Below, piece after piece: positions 42,332-54,273 of a DNA stretch of 64,000 nt. The DNA is from Phormidesmis sp. GTDB lineage: Bacteria; Cyanobacteriota; Cyanobacteriia; Leptolyngbyales; Leptolyngbyaceae. The stretch covers positions 1,120,001 to 1,184,000 of the forward strand of contig CBDFJR010000005.1 of NCBI GenBank assembly GCA_965248535.1, in the 5' to 3' direction. The stretch's first letter is position 1. The number at the start of each line of letters is the position of its first letter. The notes under the pieces were generated by a model, which searched no databases, was not told where the DNA came from, and worked only from the letters and a program-made list of their open reading frames with translations. The position numbers and the translations under genes were made by a program.

Positions 42332-43228
42332 TTATGAAATTGGCTCAAAAACCATTTGAGGCACCAAGAGCCGCCCGTCCTCCGATTCGATAATTTGAGC
42401 AATGCCCAAAAACCGATCGTCTTCCTGATGAACTCGGACGATCGCCGCATCGATTGCCCCATCCGTCACGACTTTTTGCCCCCAGCGCCAACGTTTAGCC
42501 GACTCTTCAGGCAAGGTGACGATCGGCAAATGGGCCAGAGCCACATCGGGTGCGATCGGCGAGAACGTCTGATTGTGCACTTGGGTAGCGAGTTCGTCTA
42601 GGGTCAAGCTGTGACTGAGCGTTAAGCCACTGCTGTCAGTGCGAATCAGTTTGGCTAATGTGCCGCCTACGCCTAACAGTGCGCCCAAATCACGGGCGAT
42701 CGAGCGAATATACGTCCCAGAGCCACAGGCGATCGCTAAGTCTAATTCTGGAAACTCGCCCGATCGCCACGCTAAAATCTCTAGCTGATAGATAGTGACA
42801 GACCGAGCGGGGACGGTGATCAATTCGCCCGATCGGGCCAGATCATACAGCCGCTTTCCCTGTACCTGAATGGCACTATAGCTCGGTGGCACCTGCTGAA
42901 TCGTGCCCTGAAAGAGCGGCAGGTTTGACTTCACCGCCTCTAAGGTCAACTCTGACCCAGACTGCCGCGTCAGCACCTCACCCTCTAAGTCATCGGTTGC
43001 GGTTGTCAACCCAAAGCGAATTGTTGCCTGATAGGCCTTATCCTGCGGCAAATATTGCAGTAGCCGAGTGGCTCGGCCTAGAGCGATCGGCAACACTCCC
43101 GTTGCTGCCGGGTCTAGGGTTCCGGCATGACCCACCCGCTTGAGCTTTAAAGATCGCCGCACTTTGGCGACACAATCATGAGACGTAAACCCCAGAGGCT
43201 TGTTGAGGTTTAAAAACCCGTTAGTCAC
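42332..43228 (-). CDS. truB: tRNA pseudouridine(55) synthase
   Basis: LNKPLGFTSHD, VGHAGTLDPAATGVL, QVPPSYSA, CGSGTYIRS. Confidence 0.96.
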   Translation of the reverse strand: MTNGFLNLNKPLGFTSHDCVAKVRRSLKLKRVGHAGTLDPAATGVLPIALGRATRLLQYLPQDKAYQATIRFGLTTATDDLEGEVLTRQSGSELTLEAVKSNLPLFQGTIQQVPPSYSAIQVQGKRLYDLARSGELITVPARSVTIYQLEILAWRSGEFPELDLAIACGSGTYIRSIARDLGALLGVGGTLAKLIRTDSSGLTLSHSLTLDELATQVHNQTFSPIAPDVALAHLPIVTLPEESAKRWRWGQKVVTDGAIDAAIVRVHQEDDRFLGIAQIIESEDGRLLVPQMVFEPIS

Positions 43229-43237
43229 AATTCACCT

Positions 43238-44923
43238 CTATTTAGTCAGTTGTTCGGCATTGAGCGATCGCACCAGACTCAACCGCAGCGGGTCTTGACT
43301 GATCAGTTGAGCGTAGCTAGCCGATAGATAAGGGCGATAGCTGGGCTGATTGGCAATATAGGTTTGAAAAAATGCCAGACTCAGAGCGCTCACATAGCGC
43401 CGAGAAACCCCAGGCGTAGGGCCTAATATTTCGGGTGGCAGCGGAATCGCATCATTATTGGTGGGTTCCTCTAAGGTAGAAAAATGAGTGCCGCGATCCA
43501 TCAGCACGAGGTAGCGATCGGGAGACCCCAACCAGGTGAAAGGCTGCAACTGTTCTTGCATCGCCGGAGCGATCGTATCAGCATTGCCAGACACCATCAG
43601 CGTCGGAATTGAAATTTGACTCAGCCCAGCTTGACCTAACACCGCACTATCGATCGGGTTAATGGCAATAATCGCTTTGACTCGCGAATCTTGTAAGTCA
43701 TAGTTGAGGCGCGGCAGGGCATTGGCCCGGCATTGCAAAAGCACCGACAAGTTAAGGGTGTTATCTAACGCTTGGGTGTCACAGTCTTTTTGCAGTTGCT
43801 CAAAGTTGATCGGGGCACCTGCCAGCGCTAAGACGGTATAGCCGCCAAAAGATTGGCCCAAAACGCCGACTTGCTCTAGATTGAGACGGCTATAGCGAGG
43901 GTCAGACTTGGTGCGGCGCGTCAGATCATCCAGCAGATATTTGATGTCAAGCGGACGATCGACAAACTCACTCGGTGCAGCCACCTCGCTTGCGGTGCCT
44001 GCAATCAACGCTTGAAGCTGGGCAGCATTGCTGCCAGGGTGTTCGGGCACGGCTACTGCAAACCCATGGGAGGCCAGATGCTCGGCCAAATAGCGAAACG
44101 TTGTGCGATCGGAACCCAACCCGTGAGAGATCACCACCACCGGGATCTTGCGGGCTTGCCCCTGCCCGATCGCCCTGATCTGAGGGAGATAGACATCGAC
44201 CGGAAACACGCGCTCTCGGCCCAACGCTGTCACAAAGCTGCGCGTCCGATCGACGAGCCGAATGGTTTCTTTTTGCCAGGTAAATGCGCCTCGCCCTGCC
44301 AAATCAGGCACCGGAGTATCACGAGTAATGGGCATAGCAAGCGCTTCTAGCTGAGACAGTTGCTCAAGCGTTGCGGTAGCTTGATTGGTGCGGGTGACGG
44401 TCTGCTCTAGGTCTCCAGCAATTTGTAGTGCGGACTGCAAATTGATTCGCAGCCCGCGAGTCGGAAATTTGCGAAACACATTTAGCGGAGTCAGCCCTTC
44501 GGGATCGCTGGAGGCCAAAATCAATGCGGCTCTGATCGCATAAAAGCCTGTATCTCTCGATTCGGGCTGAATCACTTGCCCCAAGCGCCGCAGCAGTATT
44601 TCTCCTTGAGGGGTATAGAGAAACTGAGAAACGGCGATCGGGGTCAAGTCTGCCCGCGCCACTAGGGCTTGCCGCAAATCCGCCAATTGTTTGACATTTG
44701 CATATTCAGCATAAACGAGCAGTTCGTTGTCTAATTCTCCATTGCGGGCATAGGCTTCGAGGGCCGCGACTGAAATTGATCGCTCCAGCACGCCATAGGA
44801 CAGATAGAGCCGCTCGGCGCTGGTGGCTGGGCGAGTCAGTAAAGCGACTGGAATCAGACTCAAACCCAGGAGTTTAAGGCTTTTCCGAATCCAATCAAGG
44901 GGAGGGCGAAAACGATCGTGCAT
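43238..44923 (-). CDS. DUF1400 + alpha/beta hydrolase (dienelactone-hydrolase-like)
   Basis: AERLYLSYG...ISVAALEAYA N-domain; VVISHGLGS, GQSFGGYT nucleophile elbow, THFS. Confidence 0.85.
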   Translation of the reverse strand: MHDRFRPPLDWIRKSLKLLGLSLIPVALLTRPATSAERLYLSYGVLERSISVAALEAYARNGELDNELLVYAEYANVKQLADLRQALVARADLTPIAVSQFLYTPQGEILLRRLGQVIQPESRDTGFYAIRAALILASSDPEGLTPLNVFRKFPTRGLRINLQSALQIAGDLEQTVTRTNQATATLEQLSQLEALAMPITRDTPVPDLAGRGAFTWQKETIRLVDRTRSFVTALGRERVFPVDVYLPQIRAIGQGQARKIPVVVISHGLGSDRTTFRYLAEHLASHGFAVAVPEHPGSNAAQLQALIAGTASEVAAPSEFVDRPLDIKYLLDDLTRRTKSDPRYSRLNLEQVGVLGQSFGGYTVLALAGAPINFEQLQKDCDTQALDNTLNLSVLLQCRANALPRLNYDLQDSRVKAIIAINPIDSAVLGQAGLSQISIPTLMVSGNADTIAPAMQEQLQPFTWLGSPDRYLVLMDRGTHFSTLEEPTNNDAIPLPPEILGPTPGVSRRYVSALSLAFFQTYIANQPSYRPYLSASYAQLISQDPLRLSLVRSLNAEQLTK

Positions 44924-45013
44924 AAAAAACACGGCTAGGGCAAGTGTGGACGTTCTTTAGGTTGAGCATAATCGATTTCAGGGTGATGCAAGGGACTGAT
45001 TGCTCACAACTTA

Positions 45014-47056
<2,043 letters not shown>

Positions 47057-47223
47057 CTATCCATCTAACTTAGTTTATTTGTACCACTAATTTTCACAAT
47101 TTGCCGTCCTTAGAAGCGCTATTATAGACTTCGTTCCATCCCTTAGTTCAGATTTTGCCGAGGGGTTGCAAAACGAGCACGATCGAGTATCCTGACTAGT
47201 AATTCCGTACTTTGGGGTGAACC

Positions 47224-47502
47224 ATGCGGGTTTGGCTGGCTTGTTTTTTAGTGTTATTTGGGCTGTCAGAACTGTTTCAGTGGATGAAGCAGCTTTCGCT
47301 GCCGCTGCCCGTCTTTATTTTGGGCGGAGCATTTTTGGCGATCGTGTCTAACTACGATCGTCGCGCCGGGTTTCCCTTCAACCAGATCAGCAGCCCGATC
47401 CGTGATCCCCAAGAAATGCCTCCGCCTGCTCAAAAAGTTAATCTGCCCCGATCGTCGTCTCCCCAAAAACCGATCTCATTTACAATTCGCAAACCAGACT
47501 GA
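47224..47502 (+). CDS. small conserved cyanobacterial membrane protein
   Basis: MRVWLACFLVLF...LPLPVFILGGAFLAIVSNY...ISFTI. Confidence 0.75.
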   Translation: MRVWLACFLVLFGLSELFQWMKQLSLPLPVFILGGAFLAIVSNYDRRAGFPFNQISSPIRDPQEMPPPAQKVNLPRSSSPQKPISFTIRKPD

Positions 47503-47703
47503 GGGCACTGTCGGACTATAAAGTATGCGATCGGATTGCAGTAGGTGAAGTCTAACGCCCCCCAAAAAACTCAGCATTCCAAAAAACAAAAAACTCTAGT
47601 ACAATACACCGCAGTGATGGAGTTGTGCCCCGAAGCCTGATCGTCCAAATCAGACTCCGAGGACTTCCATCCCTAGTTACCGTAACTAACTCAGGAGGCG
47701 TTC

Positions 47704-47823
47704 ATGATTGTACACCGTCGGCTTTGCTATGGGATCTTGAAAGGCTGGAATCAAGATCCTGCATACAGGTTTTCCCCCAACCAAATTTCTGAGCCATCAG
47801 AGTTTTTGTCCTCTTTTAATTAA
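47704..47823 (+). CDS. 39-aa small ORF with strong RBS and structured leader
   Basis: TACAAT -10 at 47600, AGGAGG at 47693, MIVHRRLCYGILKGWNQDPAYRFSPNQISEPSEFLSSFN*. Confidence 0.35.
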   Translation: MIVHRRLCYGILKGWNQDPAYRFSPNQISEPSEFLSSFN

Positions 47824-48219
47824 CCGAGAGGACAAAAACCATGGCAGTTAGGACGATCGTTCCTAGCTCGATTTCGTTTACGGTTGAGTTGCGTTGCTCA
47901 ATCGAAAAACGTTATCGGGTGAGTGTGACGTTTTAGATTTGCAAGAGCGTTATCTCTTTGTGTCGTCTGGCATTGTCTGAGATGTTAGCGAATCGTATTG
48001 AAGAGTTGTGTCTCAGAATTGAGTGAGATTGCGTCAAATCAACTGGCATTTCTGAAGTGGGATGGCACCAGTGATTTGACCACAGAGTATCAAGTTGTTC
48101 GAGTGTTGCCCGGTTATCAGGTTGAACGTTCTTTAATGAAGTTCAACATTGTTCTGGGTGAGGGTTCACTAATACAAGTAGAGGAGTTGCACAACAAAAC
48201 CACCATTCAACTCTAGAAA

Positions 48220-48329
48220 GTTGGGGTTAGGGAGTCATCAATACCCCTCTTGGGAAATGCTCCCCAACCCCAGCATAGCAAGGCTTTGGCGGTCTCTACG
48301 GGGAACTCCACGACCCCGGAACTGACGTT
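48220..48329. mobile_element. solo IS/MITE end relic
   Basis: ends in GAACTGACGTT, sharing AACTGACGTT with the right end of the 42093 MITE; preceded by hairpin GTTGGGGTTAGGGAG...CTCCCCAACCCCAGC. Confidence 0.45.
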
Positions 48330-48420
48330 TAGGAACGTGGATTCATTAAGGTGAAACGTCTCGCCCTAGATAGCTACGGTCTACAAAGTTTTTGTTGCTG
48401 CGTTGTGGGCTTCTGCCCCC

Positions 48421-48630
48421 TTGGAGAATCATCTGTAGTATTCATTGCTGCTTTGCAATTTCTAAGGTTTGATGTCTATTGTAGGGCAACTAGACGATCG
48501 CCTTTTAGCTGAAATAAGTTGGGGAACTTGGACGATCGTAAGCCGTGCCCTGTGATTCCGGCTCTCAAAGCTCGATTTCTTGATTCTGTAATAGATGATG
48601 ACGACGTGGAATTTTGACGTGAGGGATTTA
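48421..48630. repeat. 210-bp direct repeat, copy 1
   Basis: aligns without gaps to 49161..49370; 19 mismatches by my count. Confidence 0.95.
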
Positions 48631-48650
48631 CAGAATTTACCAATTCGCGG

Positions 48651-48914
48651 TTACAGTTTGTATGCTTCGCTGCGATGCGCGATCGCGACCACAAATACCT
48701 GCACCACTTTGTCGTCAATTGAATAAATGACTCTGTAATCTCCAACTCGGTAGCGATAATAGCCTAAATAGTCTCCCTTGAGGGCTTTAACGTTGGGGTG
48801 TGACTGGGGAGTTTGCTCTAGCTGTTGTAAACATCGGGCGATTTTCTTAGCTAGAGCTTTGTCAGCATTGACATAAGCCTTTTGAGCATCGGGATGGAGA
48901 AGAACTTCATACAT
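48651..48914 (-). CDS. RelE/ParE family toxin
   Basis: MYEVLLHPDAQK...KALKG...YRYRVGDYRVIY.IDD...VAIAHRSEAY. Confidence 0.9.
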   Translation of the reverse strand: MYEVLLHPDAQKAYVNADKALAKKIARCLQQLEQTPQSHPNVKALKGDYLGYYRYRVGDYRVIYSIDDKVVQVFVVAIAHRSEAYKL

Positions 48915-49185
48915 CGGAGCGAAGAGTTCTCCAAACTGTGTAATCGGCTTTGGGAGTTGCTTGATTTTGCTTAACTCGCTCTAACAATCCAGGAATCGCC
49001 AAAAGCTCTTGAGTTGCGGCTTCGCTTTCAGCATTTGCCAAGTAAGCCGCAAAATCAGCAAGCACCTGTAACCGTTCTGGCGACAGTTGTTTGAGCGAGT
49101 CATTAAGCTGGCGCTGTAATGCTGTCACAGATATCAAAGCCACTGGCTCTAGATCATCCATTGGAGAATCATCTGTAGTATTCAT
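48907..49185 (-). CDS. cognate antitoxin
   Basis: LSPERLQVLADFAAYL...ATQELLAIPG; 8-bp overlap with the toxin. Confidence 0.8.
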   Translation of the reverse strand: MNTTDDSPMDDLEPVALISVTALQRQLNDSLKQLSPERLQVLADFAAYLANAESEAATQELLAIPGLLERVKQNQATPKADYTVWRTLRSDV

Positions 49186-49370
49186 TGCTGCTTTGCGATT
49201 TCTAAGGTTTGATGTCTATTGTAGGGCAACTCAACGATCGTCTTTTAGCTGAAATAAGTTGGGGAACTTGAACGATCGTAAGCCCTGTCCTGTGATTCCG
49301 GCTCTCAAAGCCCAATTTCCTGACTCTGTAATGGACGATGACGATGTGGAATTCTAGCGCGAGGGATTCA
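49161..49370. repeat. 210-bp direct repeat, copy 2
   Basis: see copy 1; contains the upstream region and first 8 codons of the antitoxin. Confidence 0.95.
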
Positions 49371-49415
49371 ACTAAGGGAGTCGCGGGAAGTTTATCTCAA
49401 CGGAACAACTCAAAG

Positions 49416-49688
49416 TTATATTCTTTTCAGCAATTCATCGTACTCATCATGTGCGCCAATCCAAAACCAGTAGATGTGGTCATTTGGCTCTAGCAACCCT
49501 ACAACCCGGTAATTTAGACTCACACGAGCAGAATAAATCGGTTGGCGTTGACTCACTCGTTTAAACTGCAAGCTATTGTGATACGGATCTTCACGCCAGA
49601 GTTCATACGCTTTTTCAGCTTGCTCCTGTACTGATAGAGGTAGTTGATTGAGCCGCTTGCAAAAAGTTTTGGTGAGACTCGACTTCAT
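49416..49688 (-). CDS. ParE/RelE-like toxin
   Basis: F...L..LP..VQ.QA.KAYELW..DPYHNSLQFK, YSARV..NYR, WFWIGAHDEYD. Confidence 0.85.
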   Translation of the reverse strand: MKSSLTKTFCKRLNQLPLSVQEQAEKAYELWREDPYHNSLQFKRVSQRQPIYSARVSLNYRVVGLLEPNDHIYWFWIGAHDEYDELLKRI

Positions 49689-49915
49689 GGCTTAACCGGA
49701 AAAACCTCATCAAGTGGAACTGTTTCGCCCTCAGCAATTTCTTGCCGTACTGTGTCAGCTAATCGATCCCACTGTTCGTCTGTTGTTGCCTCAAAACGAG
49801 TCGTCCATGCCTGTTCATCTTTTAGTTCAGCCATTAAACGCGATGCGATCGCATCCTGCTGATCTGCTGGAAGTTTCTGAATTTCTGAAATGACTTGCCG
49901 AAGAAGTTCAGTCAT
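49685..49915 (-). CDS. cognate antitoxin
   Basis: MTELLRQVISEIQKLPADQQDAIA...DEQAW..RF; 4-bp overlap with the toxin. Confidence 0.8.
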   Translation of the reverse strand: MTELLRQVISEIQKLPADQQDAIASRLMAELKDEQAWTTRFEATTDEQWDRLADTVRQEIAEGETVPLDEVFPVKP

Positions 49916-50090
49916 AAGTTTACGGGTTCTATTACGTGAATCAAGCTAACGATCGGGCTAATCTAACGCTAAAGCTGCGACAGCATTAACTGTCTGAACA
50001 GTTGTCTATTCATACCCTTTCGACTGTTGACCGGACTCCATGCTCCCTCCTCACTTTACATTCTGTCTAACTGTCGCCCCGTAAACGAAA

Positions 50091-50176
50091 TCCTAACAAC
50101 ACTGTTCATCGGCGACAAGAAATCCTAAGCGGTGGACGAAGAGACTCTGCACTTCCACTGCAATAGAGCGTTAGAC
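50091..50176 (-). other. integron attC-like recombination site (86 bp)
   Basis: minus strand GTCTAAC-GCTCT-ATTGCAGT...GATGAAC-AGTGTT-GTTAGGA = R''-5bp-L''(8, one extra base)...L'(7)-6bp-R'. Confidence 0.7.
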
Positions 50177-50207
50177 CATCGCGCTGAACCGTCAAAATAT
50201 TCTGCAT

Positions 50208-50840
50208 TTAACCTAAGCCCAGTGTAGAAGCAATCTGAGGCAGCAACTTAGTACAAGCCCCAATAAACTGAATGGCGCTAGGTAATTCAGTACCAATCCC
50301 TTTCAATACTCTGATAGCACTTTTCACTAGCCCTTTTCTCCTCTCTTCTGAAGTCTCTTTTGCGGCTTCGCCAATCACTTTTACTTGCTCTAAGGCATCT
50401 GCTTTTAATTCGTAAGATAAATTCGGCTCACTATTTATCGCTGTTTTTAGATCAAGCAATAAGTTTGCAACTGTCTTTATGTCGTTATTGTTATTTCTTT
50501 GTAGCTCCCTAATGGTACTAGTAACAACAGCATCGCGCTCTGCCAACGTTAGCACCACACCAGAACTGTTGCTTATGCTAATTGTTGGCGTTGAACGATT
50601 TCTAGAAGCAAAGCTGGAAACAGTCTTCCATATGAGCAAACCTGACCCAATTGCTGAAATCAACCCGCCTGTCATAAATTGCGTGAATATGGGCTTCGCT
50701 TGTTGAAAAGGTTGATTAATATCTCCATATTTAAGAGATCCTGAGCCAATAGATGTAACAACGTCTATCCAACTAAGAAAAGCTGGAATGGCAATAACCA
50801 GTCCACACGCTATCAGTACAAGCGATATAAAGTATGCCAT
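50208..50840 (-). CDS. hypothetical membrane protein (2 TM + helical C-terminal domain), putative cassette cargo
   Basis: 210-aa ORF, AT-rich, no HIP1 seen; C-terminal LK.AI..E..L....K.DALEQV..I.EAA helical domain. Confidence 0.75.
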   Translation of the reverse strand: MAYFISLVLIACGLVIAIPAFLSWIDVVTSIGSGSLKYGDINQPFQQAKPIFTQFMTGGLISAIGSGLLIWKTVSSFASRNRSTPTISISNSSGVVLTLAERDAVVTSTIRELQRNNNNDIKTVANLLLDLKTAINSEPNLSYELKADALEQVKVIGEAAKETSEERRKGLVKSAIRVLKGIGTELPSAIQFIGACTKLLPQIASTLGLG

Positions 50841-51060
50841 GTTGCTACTTGTAGTTGTTTAAGGTTGCTCTTTGTGTTGTAGAAAGCAGCAGGTTTTTCG
50901 TATACTTTTCACCTACTCTTCCCTAATGTGTGAGGCTGAACTCAACTCTGGCATTACCCTAAAGGGTGATTTTAAATAGTTTGAGGGTACCTTGCGTTAA
51001 CTTGACGATGCACTCTAAACAGATACTCTCACAATCCTATTTTTACCCGTAATCTAGGCG

Positions 51061-51148
51061 GTCTAACTGTTACTATTGCCGTTTGGACTTCCCTTATTCA
51101 AAGTAACATGCTTTGTGGGGAAACTATGTCTGTGGAGAGTTGTTCCGA
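51061..51148 (-). other. degenerate attC-like site
   Basis: minus strand starts TCGGAAC-AACTC 3 bp after the 51152 stop and ends in a perfect core GTTAGAC; 88 bp, internal arms poorly paired. Confidence 0.45.
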
Positions 51149-51151
51149 TCG

Positions 51152-51367
51152 CTACAGCCTACCGATTAATTTATCGTATTCCGCATGAGTGCGATCCTCA
51201 GCGATCGCTTCCTCTGCCAAAGCGTCTAACTTTCCGTCTGCGATGTCTTGCTCTAGCTGATCATCCCAGCGCTGATAATCTACGTCAAAGAACCACTGTC
51301 TGAGTCGCTGAAACTCATCTAATTGAAGTGTAAGGATTGCTGCTTCAATTTGCTCAAGGGTTGACAT
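51152..51367 (-). pseudogene. antitoxin fused to the last residues of a deleted ParE-like toxin
   Basis: MSTLEQIEAAIL...WDDQLEQDIADGKLDALAEEAIAE followed by THAEYDKLIGRL, resembling the toxin end GAHDEYDELLKRI at 49416. Confidence 0.7.
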
Positions 51368-51440
51368 ATTTAGTCTCCAACGCTTCGATACTTGATCGAA
51401 TTATAGTGCTGCTGTGAAAACTGATTTTACACAAATTCCA

Positions 51441-51498
51441 AAATGGGAAAGGTCGATCGCTCCCCCGTTTCTCGGAGTCGATCGACCTTCACCCATTT
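51441..51498 (-). terminator. long hairpin after gap
   Basis: AAATGGG-AAAGGTCGATCG...CGATCGACCTT-CACCCATTT. Confidence 0.75.
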
Positions 51499-52536
<1,038 letters not shown>

Positions 52537-52775
52537 TCAAAGCGGTAGTAGACTCAGATTTTCTCCATAAGTTAGCGTACTTAATCGCCGATCGCCGTTA
52601 GCGTAATCTTTTCATTCGTTTGGCGATTGCTTTTGGGTTGCTCCAAGCTGTGATCATCAAAGACTCAGATTTGATGCGCCCATAGTCGTTGGTTTTGTAG
52701 CAAATATCACCTTTTTCGGTCTAGTAATCCGCTACATCTGTTACCCTAGCCGTTACCTGTTTTTCACCTATTGGC

Positions 52776-54197
52776 ATGAGTTTCACCCTTCAAAACGTTT
52801 TAATCTCCAGCGATCGTGCCTACGAAACGGTGGATGTTCAACTTGAGGATGACCGGATTGCGGCGATCGCTCCCCATTTAGACCCTGTGGGCACGTTGAT
52901 CGACGGGCGCAATAAGCTACTTCTGCCCGGTTTTGTCAATGCTCACACCCATTCTTCTGAGATGTGGCAGCGAGGACTGATTCCGCCTGTGCCCCTTGAG
53001 TTGTGGCTGGCAGAACTGCATCACTTTGCGCCCCTAGAACCAGAGCAAGTCTATCTGAGCGCGATCGGGACGGCGGTCGAAACGCTGCTCTCTGGCGGAA
53101 CGAGTGTAGTAGATCACTTAGTTTTGATCCCTGGGCAAGAATTGGAGACGATCGCGGCGGCAGTTCGGGCTTATCGTCAAGTCGGAATTCGGGCGTTTGT
53201 AGCTCCTCTGATCCAAGATCAGGCCCTATCGACAGGACTGCCGGATGGGGGAGTAAACCGAGAACATGATGACTATCTGCGATCAACCGCCGCAACGCTA
53301 GCGTTAATGCAAGAAGCAGTGACTCAGTTTCATCGCCCCGACGAAGGGGTGAATATTTTGGTTGCGCCGACGGGCGTGCAGCTTTGCTCAGATGCGTTAT
53401 TTGAAGGGTGCATTGAGTTAAGCGATCGCTACAATCTCTGTCGTCACGCTCACTTGTTAGAAACCAGAGCACAAAAGCTTTTGGCTCAAGAAAAATATGG
53501 CTGTAGCGCCGTTGAGCACCTTAAACAACTTGGGTTTTTGAGCGATCGCACCTCTCTAGCGCACTGTGTTTGGCTTGACGATGCCGACATTGAAATTATG
53601 GCAGCCACAAAATCAACAGTTGTTCATAATCCTCTCAGCAATCTGCGTTTGGGAAGCGGCATTGCCCCGGTTCTCAAATATCGTCAGGCAGGGGTGAATG
53701 TCTCGTTTGGGTGTGATGGCTCCGCGAGTAATGATTCGCAAGATGTGCTCGAAGCGATCAAAATTGGTTCGCTGCTGCACAACACCACTGATTTAGATTA
53801 TCAGAATTGGATCACGCCTCGCCAAGCGATCGAGATGGCCTCTCTGGGCGGTGCCACGGGCTTAAATCTGGGCGATCAACTCGGTTCGCTCACGGTGGGC
53901 AAAAAAGCTGATTTAGTCCTCTATGACTTGATGAGTCTGTCTTTGCTGCCGCGCACCGACCCGATCGGGCTGCTGGTTTTAGGTCGTCCGGTTAATGTCG
54001 TTTCTGACGCTTGGGTAAATGGTCAAGCGGTTGTCTTAAATAATCAAATCTGCAATGTTAATGTTAATGAACTAAGTCAATCTCTGTTTGATCAGAGTGA
54101 ATGGAATTTAGAACGGCAAGCTCCATCAATGGCCCAAATGGAAAGTCACTACCGATCGGTGATGGGGTTATCCGCAAAACCGTTGGGATACTCGTGA
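52776..54197 (+). CDS. amidohydrolase family deaminase (MtaD/AtzA/TrzA-like)
   Basis: PGFVNAHTH, HAHLLET, LAHCVWL, HNPLSNLRLGSG, GCDG. Confidence 0.88.
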   Translation: MSFTLQNVLISSDRAYETVDVQLEDDRIAAIAPHLDPVGTLIDGRNKLLLPGFVNAHTHSSEMWQRGLIPPVPLELWLAELHHFAPLEPEQVYLSAIGTAVETLLSGGTSVVDHLVLIPGQELETIAAAVRAYRQVGIRAFVAPLIQDQALSTGLPDGGVNREHDDYLRSTAATLALMQEAVTQFHRPDEGVNILVAPTGVQLCSDALFEGCIELSDRYNLCRHAHLLETRAQKLLAQEKYGCSAVEHLKQLGFLSDRTSLAHCVWLDDADIEIMAATKSTVVHNPLSNLRLGSGIAPVLKYRQAGVNVSFGCDGSASNDSQDVLEAIKIGSLLHNTTDLDYQNWITPRQAIEMASLGGATGLNLGDQLGSLTVGKKADLVLYDLMSLSLLPRTDPIGLLVLGRPVNVVSDAWVNGQAVVLNNQICNVNVNELSQSLFDQSEWNLERQAPSMAQMESHYRSVMGLSAKPLGYS

Positions 54198-54273
54198 GAG
54201 GTAGCCTAACTTTCTGATTTGATGTCAATAGTCTGATCCCGATCGCCCTTCTTCTTTTTACCCAAGTTTGCCC

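Noticed and set aside
47998..48216. 72-aa ORF as a transposase fragment
   Set aside because: no recognisable transposase motif; TTG start without a clear RBS
52697..52710. NtcA-like GTA-N8-CAC upstream of the amidohydrolase
   Set aside because: mismatch to consensus and no proper TAN3T at the expected spacing
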